From assembly GCA_010093815.1 (NCBI GenBank), contig ML996571.1: a stretch of 64,000 bases of DNA. The stretch is one strand, 5' to 3'. Below the pieces are notes generated by a model. The model saw only the letters and a program-made list of their open reading frames with translations, was not told the DNA's origin and made no database searches. Made by a program: the position numbers and the translations under genes. Positions 14,471 through 27,500 of the stretch are shown here, one piece after another (position 1 is the stretch's first letter; the number at the start of each line of letters is the position of its first letter). This DNA is from Pseudovirgaria hyperparasitica (taxonomy: Eukaryota).

Positions 14471-15394
14471 ATTAGTAAATTACGTAAATCGCACTAAATT
14501 ATAGTAAATCTACATAAATCTATATCTATAAGGATCGGGTAATATACCTAATGATCTAAAAAACTCTATAAAGAGTTAAGAAGTTTTTTAAAGAAAGGAA
14601 TATTTCTAAGAAAAGATTTTAATATAGGTAGCACCCGGGCTTACCTAATTACATTACGTGATACGCTAGGCCTAATTAGATAATCTCACCTATATAAGAA
14701 GTTAAGATAGATAAAATCTAGTTTATTAGGAAAACGCTTATGTAAATCTTAGATCAGCGAATATTAGTAAGTATCTAAGACGAAGCGTAGAGAACGACTA
14801 AGGTCTTGCGAGACTTAGGATGGGGATATAGAGATAGATAATGATCTAGGTTACTAAGGGCAGCTTCCTAGAGGGAAGGGATAATTATTAGGACTTAGCC
14901 TTAGGTAGGACCCGACCTATATATACCTTAGCTAATAGGGTTAGGAGGTGACGTGAAGGGCGGTAAATAGTTACGTGCTAGATAGATCGGCGTCCCTTTA
15001 TATATATACTCTCGGATTCCTACTAAAAGGGTTCGGTAGTAATTCGTTCTATAATAGAATACACCCCATTGTTCTATCTAACTACACTACTATCCAATAA
15101 CCCTATTCTTACAAAAGTTCTAGCCTATATATCTATCTATAATAGAGTCGTTAACTATACTAATTATTATATAGTATTATAGGCTATATAGAGTACTAGA
15201 GTATTAGTATTATATACTAATAGTAGCTTACGTAAGTACTATCCGCGTTTAGCTTTATATATTATAGATTTTCTAGAGTAGGTACTTATTATAGGTATAT
15301 TCTATTAGTATATATATCTAATATATATAGTCTCTAGTAATAGACGATAGTATCTACGAGAAGCTATTACTAGTATATAGAAGTTCTATATATA

Positions 15395-16603
15395 TGTTAG
15401 GCACGTGCCTACTAGTTAATTATACATGTATATAGTAGTTATATATAAGTAGTATACTCCACCCTTAAAGTAGTAGCTTTAAGATTCGATCCTTTTAGTA
15501 TAGTTAGTTAGTACGTAGAGCCCGCCTTCTTATATAATCTTAAAGCTACTATGGGGTTACGGGTTTAACTCTCGGTCTAGTTAACTATTATTTAATTTTT
15601 ATACGATTCCGTTTAGCTTACTACGTTATATATACTTTATATATATAACGGATAACATAGTAGTAATGTTACTACGGTAAGTTAGCGTGTCTAGTACTAG
15701 AGGCGGTATTACGAATATTAATTATATGTATATGTATAAGGAGGCGGGCTCCACGCACCAACCAACTATACTAAAAGGACCGAATCTTAAAGCTACTGCT
15801 TTAAGGGTGGAGCACACTACTTATATATAACTACTACATATATATAGAATTAACTAGTAGGCCACGTACTCCTCACGTGCCTAATATTATCCCCCTTTTC
15901 AAAGGCACGTGTCCTTACACGTCATGGGTATACTACCTTACGAAAGATAAACTAAACTAGCCGCAACGGGCCTAGTATAAACCATATATATACATAACTA
16001 ATACTCGTAATGCCGCCTCTAGCACTAGACACGCTAACTTACCATAGTAACGTTACTACCATGTTATCCGTTATATATATAAAGTATATATAACGTGGCA
16101 AGCTAAACGGAATCGTGCGAAATTTAATAACGGTTAACTAGACCGAGAGTTAAACCCGTGACCCCGTAGTAGCTTTAAGATTATATAAGGAGGCGGGCTC
16201 CACGCACTAACTAACTATACTAAAAGGACCGAATCTTAAAGCTACTACTTTAAGGGTGGAGCACACTGCTTATATACGACTACTATACACATATAGAATT
16301 AACTGGCAGGCCACGTGCTCCTCACGTGCCTAACAATATGGTTTATACTAGGCCTAGTGTAGCTAGCGCGTATACTAGGCCTATTATAGCTAGTTTAGTT
16401 TATCTTTCGTAAGGTAGATGTCTATAACGCGTAAACGCACGCGCCTTCGAAAAGAGGAGATATTATTAGGCACGTGCCTACTAGTTAATTATACATGTAT
16501 ATAGTAGTCGTATATAAGTAGTATGCTCTACCCTTAAAGCAGTAGCTTTAAGATTCGGTTCTTTTGGTATAGTTAGTTAGTACGTGGAGCCCGCCTCCTT
16601 ATA
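15395..16603 (+). mobile_element. TRIM (non-autonomous miniature LTR retrotransposon), host of a nested copy
   Basis: 140-bp LTRs at 15395-15534 and 16464-16603; TSD ATATA (15390-15394 and 16604-16608); PPT GAAAAGAGGAGA before the 3' LTR; non-coding interior of about 330 bp. Confidence 0.92.
15735..16335 (-). mobile_element. TRIM of the same family, nested in the opposite orientation
   Basis: 152-bp LTRs at 15735-15886 and 16184-16335, both carrying the same small CACGTG-containing duplication; TSD ATATG (15730-15734 and 16336-16340). Confidence 0.93.
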
Positions 16604-19019
16604 ATATACTCATTATTATAGAAATAGGTTTACTATATATATTGCAAGTTAATAACTAATAGCTACGGTAGTAAGTATACTAGTAGTAAGATAGATAATA
16701 GAACGAGTATACCCGGTATCTTATCGTTTTTATCGACGTCTTTCGCGCTAGTAGTATAGGGCTATTATATTTACTAATTAGTTAAGAGTTGGTATTCTAG
16801 TAGATGGATAGAGCTATTAGATAATTTTACCTAGTTACTTACTAGAGTTAATATATACCGCGCGGTCGCTCCGGATATTCTATATTAACTATATAAGGGT
16901 ATATTAGAATATACTTTTAATTAGATAGTCTTATATATTATTAATTAAGAGCGTATAGGATATAGATTAAAGGGTATATTTACTAGTATACCCTCTATAG
17001 AAGGAGTAAAGAAGGTAATCGATAAGTAATTTACGTCTATTAGAGTATTCGGTTGTTATAACCTACTTACGTATATAACTTTAGTAATATAATAGATAGG
17101 GGTAATATTTAAGCGTATACTAGTAGTATTTATAGTTACGTTTAAACCACTCCTATATTATAATTAATACTTTCTAAGCGTAGTGCGGGCAGTTATTAAT
17201 ATATATATATTAGCGGCGTACTATACGTATAATACATAGATACTAGTATACTTAGAAGAGGCTATATTACGCTTAGATAACCTAAAATACTAGTTTATAC
17301 TATATCGTAGAGATAAATTAGAGGATAATTATTTTAACTTTCTAAAGTTCTATATATTGTCGTACCTAGTTAATACCATTAAATACTATAGTTCGTTATA
17401 TCTAATATTAGTAGAGCTACTAGAGTAATCTTATATTATAGTAAAGGAATTATATTAAGGTTTAAATAAGAGGGAGACGTTTCTATAGTAGATGCTAGTA
17501 GTAGATATATACACGATAAATACTAAAATCTCTAGTAGTATAGAGGTGGCGGCTAGTACTAGTATATTAGTGGCCCCTAGCCTAGAGTAGCTCGATAATA
17601 CACGTAAGCTAGTTGGCTAGCGGCGTATTCTAAAGGAGCCACGCTAGAGTAAATATATACTCTATGTCTTATAGAGTTATAGACTATCTACGTCCTACTA
17701 GACTACTATTAGTAACCTCTATAATATATATAGTAGTAGTTTTATATTACTTAATGCGGTTACACCCTTTATATATAACTATTATAATCGGCTTATTAGG
17801 GATAATATATTAAAAGAAGTAAATATTAAATATATTAAAAAGGACCCTTCGTAGGCACGGGTCCTTCCTATCTATATATATAAGACTATATATATACTAA
17901 TATAACTAGATAGAGATATATCTATAGAGGCCTTCGACCTAATTCGGGTAAGGTATACCCGTAACTAGTAAAAGAGTAGTAAGGCTAGGGAGGATTATAT
18001 AATAGTATAGGAGTTTAATAAGGGTAGTAACCACCTTAACGGAAAGCGGGTTAGTAAAGTCTATATATTTCTAGAGGTATATAATATAGAGAGCATTAAT
18101 ATAACTAGTAGTATAGTAGCGCGATTTCTAGATACGTTAGTTAAACTACTTAATAACTTAGATAGAGGTAATATTAATACTATTAGTGGCCTTATACTAT
18201 TACGTATAGCGGGTTAAAGGTCTAGTAATAAGACTTATATAATAGATAGGTTCCGTGTCTACGAGCTAGAGTATATCCTACGCCCTATATAGATTATATT
18301 ATATTAGTTAGTTACGGATAGTTTATTCTAGTTAAACACGTATAGTAATTAGGGGATCTATAATAAGAGATATAACCTAGACTTCTAGGCTATAAATAGA
18401 TGAAACGTGACCGTAGCGTTAAAACACGGGTGCGTGTTATAAGTCTATCGCTATCTACTACTACCTACCGTAGTATACCGGTATATACTAGTATATAGCG
18501 GAAGTTATAGTTTATATATAGTAGTACTCGATAGTCGTATCCTATACTAGGATATCTCTAAGAAATAATCGTGGTTTATTACGATCGGTTCTATAAAAGG
18601 CTTATATTTAATAGCTATCTATAATTTTAGCCAAGGAGTATCTAGGGATGCACCTCCTTATTACCTAATAATTACTAGCTAGTATAAAAACTCTACGCCT
18701 CTAAAAGGGGTATATAGAACTTAAAGAATCCTTATTCATAGATAGAACTAGATATAGATAGTATTAACCTAATATAGATAGATTATATATATTAATACCC
18801 TAAAATCCAAACTATGTCTCTAGGCCTACTAGACCTAGCTTGCACCTAATTCTAATATTTTTATTATTTACGTTTACGCCTTATTAGATACCGGGTATAT
18901 AACGAGTCTATAGTTAAGTAAGTGTTAGGTACGTAACGAGTCTATTAATAAATAAGTGCCGGGTATATAACGAGTCTATGTAAATAAGTATAAATAAGTA
19001 TATACCGGGTATGTAACGC

Positions 19020-20400
19020 TCTTACTAGGGAAACGTCTTCCTTAAGTATCTTCCCCTTCTAATATTTCTCCTTCTCTTTCTTTATTCTTTCTCTAGTCTT
19101 ATAAGTATAGTTAGACTTATATTACTATATTATTAATATATATATTCTTATATAGACTATTAGAAACTACGGTAACTAGATATACGTTCTTATAATAGAT
19201 AAATATACTATACTAATATATTACATTATTCGTGTTTAATATAAGGGTTTACTACTATAATTATTTATTATTACGCTTGTCTATCTCTTCTTAACGATAG
19301 TACTAATTAATAGCGACCTATTATAGAGATAATAGTTAGTATTATATACTTCTCTTAAATATTCGTATATTAATATTATATAAGTATATACTTTGTAGAG
19401 GTCCTCTATTCTTCCCTTAAGCTACCTAGACTATTCTCTAATTGCTAAAAACTCTTATATCTAACTATTTCTACTATTTATTTCTTAGTTCTACTTATTA
19501 GGCTTTAAATAATAGTAAACTATAATAGATTAGTAGTTATCTATATTTTACGTACGCTAAGTTAGTATACCTAAATATAATAGATAATAGTATATTTATA
19601 ATAGTATATACTAGATCTTATAGTATTCCTCTTTAGTAGTAGATCTATATAGTTATAAAGACGGCCTACTATCCTATTATATCTATATACTATACTACTC
19701 TTTTATTATATATAGACGTTATTACTAGAGTAGGGCTATTGTCTATTATTGTAAGGAGGCGGGCTCCACGCACCAACCAACTATACTAAAAGGACCGAAT
19801 CTTGAAGCTACTGCTTCAAGGGTGGAGCACACTACTTATATACGACTACTACACACATGTAGAATTAACTAGCAGGCCACGTGCCTAATAATATCTCCCC
19901 TTTTTGAAGGCGCGTGTCCTCACGCGTCGTAGGCATGCTACCTTACAAAAGATAAACTAAACTAGCCGTAACGGGCCTAGTATAAACGATGTGCATACAT
20001 AACTAATACTCGCAATGCCGCCTCTAGTACTAGATACGCTAACTTACCATAGTAATATTACTACCATGTTATCCGTCACGTGTATAAAGTATATATAACG
20101 TGGTAAGCTAAACGGAATCGTGCGAAATTCAATAATGGTTAACTAGACCGAGAGTTAAACCCGTGACCCCATAGTAGCTTTAAGATTATATAAGGAGGCG
20201 GGCTCTATATACCAACCAACTATACTAAAAGGACCGAATCTTAAAGCTACTACTTTAAGGGTGGAGTACACTACTTATATACGACTACTATATACATGTA
20301 GAATCAACTAGTAGGCCACGTGCCTGACAATTATACTTAACGTTATATATAGAGTATTATATATTTAACGTCGTTATTTCACGTGCTCTATGTTAGTACG
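19020..20400 (-). pseudogene. Possible unknown RIP-destroyed gene, interrupted by the TRIM at 19750-20329
   Basis: Minus strand looks coding, with a basic (K/R-rich) end near 19030-19100. No motif recognised. Confidence 0.25.
19750..20329 (-). mobile_element. TRIM, third copy (580 bp)
   Basis: 141-bp LTRs at 19750-19890 and 20189-20329 with TG...CA outer ends; TSD ATTAT (19745-19749 and 20330-20334); minus-strand PPT AAAAAGGGGAGA next to 19891. Confidence 0.95.
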
Positions 20401-20579
20401 GGATTGGATACTAGTTATATATTTCCCCGCCTCTATTAAATTAACGAGTTATTACTAATAACTATACGGACTACTTACGTTAATATAGCCGTAACGTACG
20501 TATTATACCTACGTCTATTATATAGAGTATATATATTATCTCTCTATTACTCTAGTAATATACTCTATTCTCTATTCTA

Positions 20580-21048
20580 TCTATCTATAGCCACGTCTAG
20601 CTAGCCGTAAATAAATAGCTAAGTAGAAGCAAGTCTCGATATACTTTATATATTTAGGGCGTCCGATAGGTAGAAACTTTAGGTATATATAGAAGAGTTA
20701 ATTTAAGAGGAATTTACTAGCCTATTACTAAACCTACGTAGTAAGAAAGTAAAGGACTACTATATAAAACAAGAGTATTACCTCTAGACGGTTGCGGATA
20801 AATATATATTTATTAATAGTAGTTATACTATTTCATGGGTAGATGCCATGTATTAACTTAATACTATATTCTTAGTATTTACGCGTAACTGGCGGCGGTT
20901 AGCTAAATACTATTATATATATTAAAACGATGCCCCGGGCTAGACAAGCCGTTATAATATTATATATACCCTATAAAACCGCCTAATATATCTAGCTAAC
21001 CTAGTTATTCAACCGTCGGACTACTAGTATCTATATCTTCTAAAGTAG
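20580..21048 (+). pseudogene. Unknown small RIP-destroyed ORF
   Basis: Continuous frame with only RIP-type stops (..ISWVDAM..FTRNWRRLAK..), ending just before the ATG at 21052. Confidence 0.35.
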
Positions 21049-21051
21049 CTA

Positions 21052-21890
21052 TGCCGCCGTATTATATACGTATGCCTATAGTCCTTATCTACGATTATAC
21101 TTAGGTTACCCTAGTACTAATAATGGCTATATAGAATAGTATAACGCCGTTAAATATTAAGGGTATAAAAATATACGATATAGTAGGTCTTAGTATAAAT
21201 AAACTATTAGAATTTATTAGCTTATCTATAGATATACTAGGAGACGTAGACGGTTATAGATATGGTCGCGTCTACCTAGAATACCCGATTCTACTAAGTA
21301 AGTCGAGTGATATAATCCTTTATAAGGATAGTTTAGACTAGGTATTATAGTAGACTATTAAATAGGTACTAGGCTTAGGACTAGATCGGGTGGTTTTCCA
21401 CGTAGGCAATATAAACGGTATATTTAGAAGCCTACTATAATATATTAACTATAATCTAACTATATAGGAACGTTACGCTATAAGTATAGTAGCGGAATTC
21501 CTCTATCTAGCGCGCGTAGATAAGCTCGAGATATATATACGCCGATAGATATTAGTATATATTAATATATTATAACTACTAAGCGGCGTATACTAATATA
21601 TACCGGTATATCTAGTATATACTAGTATAATACCGTCGCTCTTCCGTAGACCTAATACTATTTATATATCTTAGGTTTTTAGTTATTAGTTACGTATAGA
21701 GTTATATATACGGCGGATACCTTACTAGATTTAGGTCTTTTATTAATAGTATATAGGTACGCCCTAGTCCACTTAATATAGGCGTAGTTAACGCTTTATC
21801 TACTTAAACGATAGACGTTAATAACAACGTAACTAGTATATTTATCTATTATATTATTAGCTAGCTAACGTTATATTAGAAGAGTTAAGC
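21052..21890 (+). pseudogene. Putative SGNH/GDSL hydrolase-like protein, RIP-destroyed
   Basis: De-RIPed blocks PIVLI.D, GPDRVVFHVGN.DG and FIHLND occur in the order and spacing of SGNH blocks I, III and V. The match is weak. Confidence 0.3.
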
Positions 21891-22725
21891 GCTACTATCC
21901 CGCCTACTCTACCCGTTAATATTAATATACTAGTAATTATAACCTAATCGCCTTATAAATTAATATATAATGCCGGTACGCTCGAGAGTTTAAGCGAACG
22001 TATAAAAGTATAAAGAGTAAAGACGTAGGATAGTAGTCTAACAGTTCATAGAGAGACATAGGAATGTATTTATAGAGTAATCTTACTCTTATACAAGGTT
22101 AATTCCTAACGAGTAGGAATCGGTTTATACGGTCTACTTATATAGTAACCTCGCTTAACTTAGCTAACTTAACCCAGCTCTAGCCACTACGTGGCTATAT
22201 AGATTAGAATAGTCTATATAGGTCTATTATAGTTCCCGTCCTAATAATATCCTTCTTCTTTTTATACTTCGCCCCGAAGTACTTAAGTATATATAATTCT
22301 AAGTCTCTATAATCTATCGTGTATCTATATATCCGTAACTAAGTTCCTATAACGTTATAACTATCCTTAATATAGGTAAACTCGAGATTCTAGTTTACTT
22401 TTACTAGTTTATGCACGCGCTTATCCCTTACTTCGTGGCTACTACCTAGGATATATAATTACTACTTTAGTCGAGTATATATTTAGCTTTACTCACCTTT
22501 AATTTTATTCTCTAGTATATCCACCTCGCTCTTAAGGTAAGTCGTTAATTCATATACTATCTTCTCTAGTCTAGGTTTAGAAGGGTCTATAGTAGTCTAT
22601 TCTTATTAGAACCGGTCTAATATAACCTATCCGCGTTATTATAGTCACTAATTTAGCTTCGTTAATCGCCGTTAAGGGTAGACGAATATTCCTTTCTTAG
22701 ATCTCTAGCTAACGTGTATATATAG

Positions 22726-24100
22726 ATATCTAATACTAGTTCTATCTCTAAGCCTACCTCCTCCTCTCGTAAGACTCGCTCTAAAGATATCGCCTCCTCC
22801 CCGGCTACGCCGGCTAAGAAGCCTACCTATCGCGGTAGTATAAAGGCGCGCTCTAAGTCGGAGAAGAGAGTAGCTAGAGCTACTACTACTACTACCTCTA
22901 CTACTAATATAGCTACTAGTCGCTCTAATCTAGGTGATTCTAGTACTAAACTTATAGATAAAGTGGTTATAGGTTCTCCTCTTACTCTAAAGCACACGCC
23001 GTCTACTCTACCTCCTCTAGAGGATAAAGAAGATCTTATTATAGACGATAATTGCGAGCCCTCGCGCTTACCTATACCACCGTCTCGCCGCTCTTCCTTC
23101 CGGTCTAATATAGACTAATTTAGTCGCTCTAGGTTCTTTTAGGACCTTAATATTCGCTCTAAACCCTAGTCTACTAATAATAAGGCCTAGGTCGCCGAGG
23201 ATACTAAACGTAGTCGCGGTTTACGCCATAGGAAAACGGCGAACTACGGTTCGATATACTATAAGTATATTAAGGGCTATACGGCCGGCTCTAAATATCT
23301 CTTTCGCTCTAACTCTAGTATTAGCTACTACTCTACTAACCGCGACGGGCCTATATACTCTACCTTTACTCTACCTACCTACTACCGCTACTATACTATA
23401 ACTAGTAAGACTTATCTATAGGTAAGTATAATAGGCTATCTTAATCTAGTATAATCTAAAGTAGTCCGCGCTAATATATTCTTAGGTTCCTATGCGTATA
23501 TAAGATATATATAACGATCTTCGCGTCCGCGAGACCCTCGGGGGTTCTTATAGCCGCCTATCTACTATATAGAGGGAGTTTAGAGAGTACTATAAGCTCT
23601 TCCTAGAGGTTATTAAAGTATAAGTTACGAGCACGTTAATTATTTTTAACACCTATTAATTTTTCTAGCCGCCGCGAGATCCCTAGCGCCTAGACTACCT
23701 ATTCTAGGGAGTCTATTCTAGCTATAGAGGCCGTAGAGAGGATTCGCTCTATCCCCCCCCGTCCGTCTCGCGCTACTAATAGATCTTATAAGAGGTCTAC
23801 TATTTCTCCCTCTAAGTCGCCTTATAAGAGGGTATATATTCCCTTCTAGATTATTCTAGATTATATTAGCTAACTTTAGACCTAGTCGCTACGCTCCGGC
23901 GCTTAAGGCTCTTCCCTCTAGGCTCTAATAGATCGGGTTATTACTCTAGAGGCTAAGGTCGTCGTTCTCCGCCGCTATATCGTGTAGTTAGAGAGGACTA
24001 TACTAGAGATTAGGACGGATAATAAGATAGAGAAGTAGCTCTATGGTTCTGGCTCTATGTATTAGCTCTATGCCTAGCTCTATATATTCTAGATCTACTA
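22726..24100 (+). pseudogene. Spliced antisense accessory gene inside element C, with a six-cysteine (Zn-cluster-like) motif
   Basis: Ser/Pro/Ala-rich N-terminus, then de-RIPed C.KC...GC...ACYRC.....KTCLQ (23257-23421). It is followed by intron GTAAGT..GCTAAT..TAG (23422-23485) and further introns. All Cys are inferred from TAT/TAC. Confidence 0.6.
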
Positions 24101-24569
24101 TAGGTGGTGCGCGCCGGCTCTATTTACCTGGCTTTTATCTATTTTAGTTCTTTTTAGACCGTTTAGATACCCGTTAGCTAGTTTCTAGTAATTTAATTCT
24201 TAACTTAATAATATTATATGTGCGCTCGCTTAGCTTATAACTATCGGTTTCTATATTCTAATTTTCCTTAAGTTATCTAAGTGTGGGCACCGTATATAAA
24301 TTAGTTTATCTCTATAAATTCTATTAGAGTACCTAAACTAGTGGCCTAGTAGTTATTAGTTCGGGTACTCTAACCTTTTATATTTCGTGTTAAGAGTTTA
24401 ATTCTATAGTGGGGTACCTTTTTTTAGGTTCTTAGTCCTATATTTTTCTCGTATATAATGGTCTATATTAGTCCATTCTAGACTCTTCTATATTATTCTA
24501 TTATAGTATATCGCGTCGCGTTCCTAAAATGGTTATTTATACTTTCTTCGCGTCTAGTAACTATACGAC

Positions 24570-27500
24570 GCTTAAATTATAGAGCTACTATATAGAGTTT
24601 TCCTAGTGCGCGTCTAGATTTCCTAGTTTAGCACTTTATTCTCTACGGTATTCTTCTTCTTTTTACGACGACCGCGACGTCGCTATACTTACATTAATAA
24701 TATGCTATTCTATATCTTTTACTTATACGCAGCTATTATAGAACTTAAGATATATACCGCTAGTTCCTAGGTGTCCTCGTCCTTAGTATAGTCCTTCTAA
24801 CGGATTCTATATTTCTAAATACCGTCTTTATTAATTCTATGTTTAATAATATAGTCTACTTCGAACACGTCTAGTCTATCTTAGGGTATAATAGAGTATA
24901 ACTATACGTTCGTGCGGCCATACACGTTAGGTCGAAATCTTTCGAGTAGTAAGACGTGGAACACGTTATAGATTCTTATATCACTTCCTAAGTCGAGCTC
25001 GTAGGCTCTTATACTAATACAACGTTTGATTCGGAAGGGACTAGCCATTTTATAATCGAGCTTCTTATTTACTTATAATATTCGTATATTATAGATGTTA
25101 AGAAGGACCTCGTCGCCCTCCTCGTACGTCTAATCCTTAGCTAACCTATTATAGTACTTCGTATACGAGTTATTTACTTATTAGATTATAGCGCGATAGT
25201 TATGTACGGTTTCGAAGATTTTAATCGCTAATTCCTAAGCGTGGACGTTTACGTCTATTATTTGATTAAATTAGACCGTCTAAGGCTTAAAACCTATCCT
25301 TAGACTACGTCCGAGGTTCGCCTAGAAAGGTATAATACCTATTATACTATAACGACTATTATTATATACGAACTCTACTATACTTAGTAGGGAGGCCTAG
25401 TCGTCCTACTTAAAATTATAGAATACGCGTAGGTAGGCCTCGAGCGTCTAGTTCTATCGCTCTATCTAGCTATCCGTCTAAGGATGAAATGCTATAGATA
25501 TATTTCTATTTATACTTACCATTTCATAGAATAACGTCTAGAATTTAGATGTGAAGGTACTTCCTCGGTCCGTAACGATCCTTTTTAGTATACCATAGAC
25601 CTTAATAATCTCGTTCTAGAACACCTACGCTAGTTCTTTAGATATAATCGTCTTCTACACTAGGATATACCTAGATATCTTTATAAGTCTATCCACGATA
25701 ATAAGAATAGAATTATAACTTATTCTAAGTATCTTACTTAGAGATAAGTTAACTATAAAGTCTATAGTAACGTCTTTCTACATAAAGAGGGGGGCTAAAA
25801 GAGGCTATAAATTCCTATATAGCTTGTGCCTAGGGGCCTTCGTTCTTTAATAAATTAGATAAGTAGCTATCTATTCTTCGACGTACTTAGGTATATCTTT
25901 CTAAAAATAGTACTAACGAATTAAGCTTAGGGTATATATATACCTAAAGTGTCCTACTAGGTTAGCGTTATAGTATTAGCTAACTATATTAAATCACGTG
26001 TTATCTATCGGTATATAGTACTTTCTATTATAGTAAAGTAAGCCGTCCACGAAGGTCTACTTATAGTCTACTTTAGTCCGTAATAACCTATCTTACTATA
26101 TTTTACGTAACTTTAAAACTATCGGGTCTATCTTCTATAGATCCACAATTAACTAGGCAAGGTTAATTAGATATTTACGCCGGGTATTATCGCCCTTCCC
26201 GATAGCGCTAATAAACGGCCTACTAGGGACTTCGGTACCGCGTCTTTAGTTACCGGCTTCAGTCTTAGAGATTCAATTACTAGCATCAACGTTAGCATCT
26301 CGCTAATCGCCTAATAACTTAAAATCCAACCTCGTCCTTAAGAGTTAGGCCTATAGCTACTCTAGAACCCTATAGCTACTATAATCCTAGACGCCTTCTT
26401 TATAGTTAGGTCTTCTTAATATTCTATTAGCTAGGTTTATACTTCTAGGTTAATAGTAGATTATAAAGTAAAAGTTCGTAAGCTACTTAGTCTATTAGAC
26501 CTATCGACGGTTTAAAACCGTTATACTTATAAACCCCTTTAAGTTATAGTAATTAGTTAGTAACTCGACGTTATATATAGTACCTTTAAGATAATATCGC
26601 CACTATTTAAACGACTCTACTATTACTAGTAGCTCTTAGTTATAGATAGTATATCTAGTCTTAACATCGACTATTTTACGTGAGAAGAACGTAACTAGAT
26701 ACTATTAGATCTTTTTAGACTTAGTTAGTCTAGGCTAGGAGAGAATATCTAAGATTATAAATTCTAACGCGTCGGTTTCGACGCGGATAGGTTTAGTTAG
26801 ATTAAAGTGTACTAGTAATAGAGTAGTTATAAATGCCTCTTTGATTTTCTCGAAGGAGGCCCTTTTACCTTCTAATAATTCTATAGGCTACGATTTAATA
26901 TTACGCTATTTCTATCTACCGCGGACCGTAATAGACGAATCTATGGTAGTAGTACACGCGTTAAGCGGTGCTACTAGCCGGGAGAAATGCTTAACGAATT
27001 TTCGGTAGTAATTAGCGAATCTAATAAAGACACGTATATCTCGAACCGATTTTAGTTTAGGCTAGTCTATGATAGTAGCGACTCTATCCCTTTCTATAGT
27101 TATACCTTAATTAGTAATAACGAAGCTAAGGAAGTTAACGTGGTCCTAGTGGAACTCGTATTTAGATAGCTTAATATATAGCTTATGTTTTTCTAGCCTA
27201 TCTAGGACTACGTATACGTGCTAGATATGTTCTTCTTTATTATTAGAGAAGATAAGAATATCATCAAGGTATATAATGCACGTCGTGTCGAGTAGGCCTA
27301 CTAGCGCGTTATTAATATACGCTTAGAAGGTTTCTAGCGCGTTAGCTAGTCTAAAAGGGACTACTATATACTTAAAGTATCTATAACAGGTCCTAAACGC
27401 CGTTTTCCACTCATCGCCCTTCTTAATATATAGGCGGTAGTAGACGTCGTATAGATCGAGCTTAGTAAAGATCTTCGCGCGCCCTAGTCTATTAATAGAC

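Larger units (their letters stand above)
7730..15113 (+). mobile_element. Full-length chromoviral Ty3/Gypsy LTR retrotransposon (family B), 7.4 kb, RIP-mutated
   Basis: 228-bp LTRs at 7730-7957 and 14886-15113; PPT GAGGGAAGGGA at 14871-14881; gag, pol and chromodomain in Ty3 order. The flanks ATAGT and AAAGT do not match (see inversion finding). Confidence 0.97.
15114..18403 (+). pseudogene. Plavaka-family transposase, C-terminal half, interrupted by nested TRIMs at 15395-16603
   Basis: De-RIPed LCADGSLRKCYPRLALYIADFPEQVLI..CPMC (~15210-15330), APDILHQLYKGILEH (~16868-16912), FNFPKFHMLSHLVNTIKYYGS (~17332-17395) and FWLNTYSDWGIYN near the TGA at 18401-18403. Confidence 0.9.

Noticed and set aside
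14849..14868. Partial match to the 35-bp palindrome in element B (TAAGGGCAGC)
   Set aside because: Only the 10-bp core matches and no arms are present.
15115..15150. Alternative frame reading KFWPVYLS right after the LTR
   Set aside because: The real WPVYLSI motif is on the minus strand near 275-255. The frame carrying CADG..YP..DFPEQ at 15114 onward is a different one.
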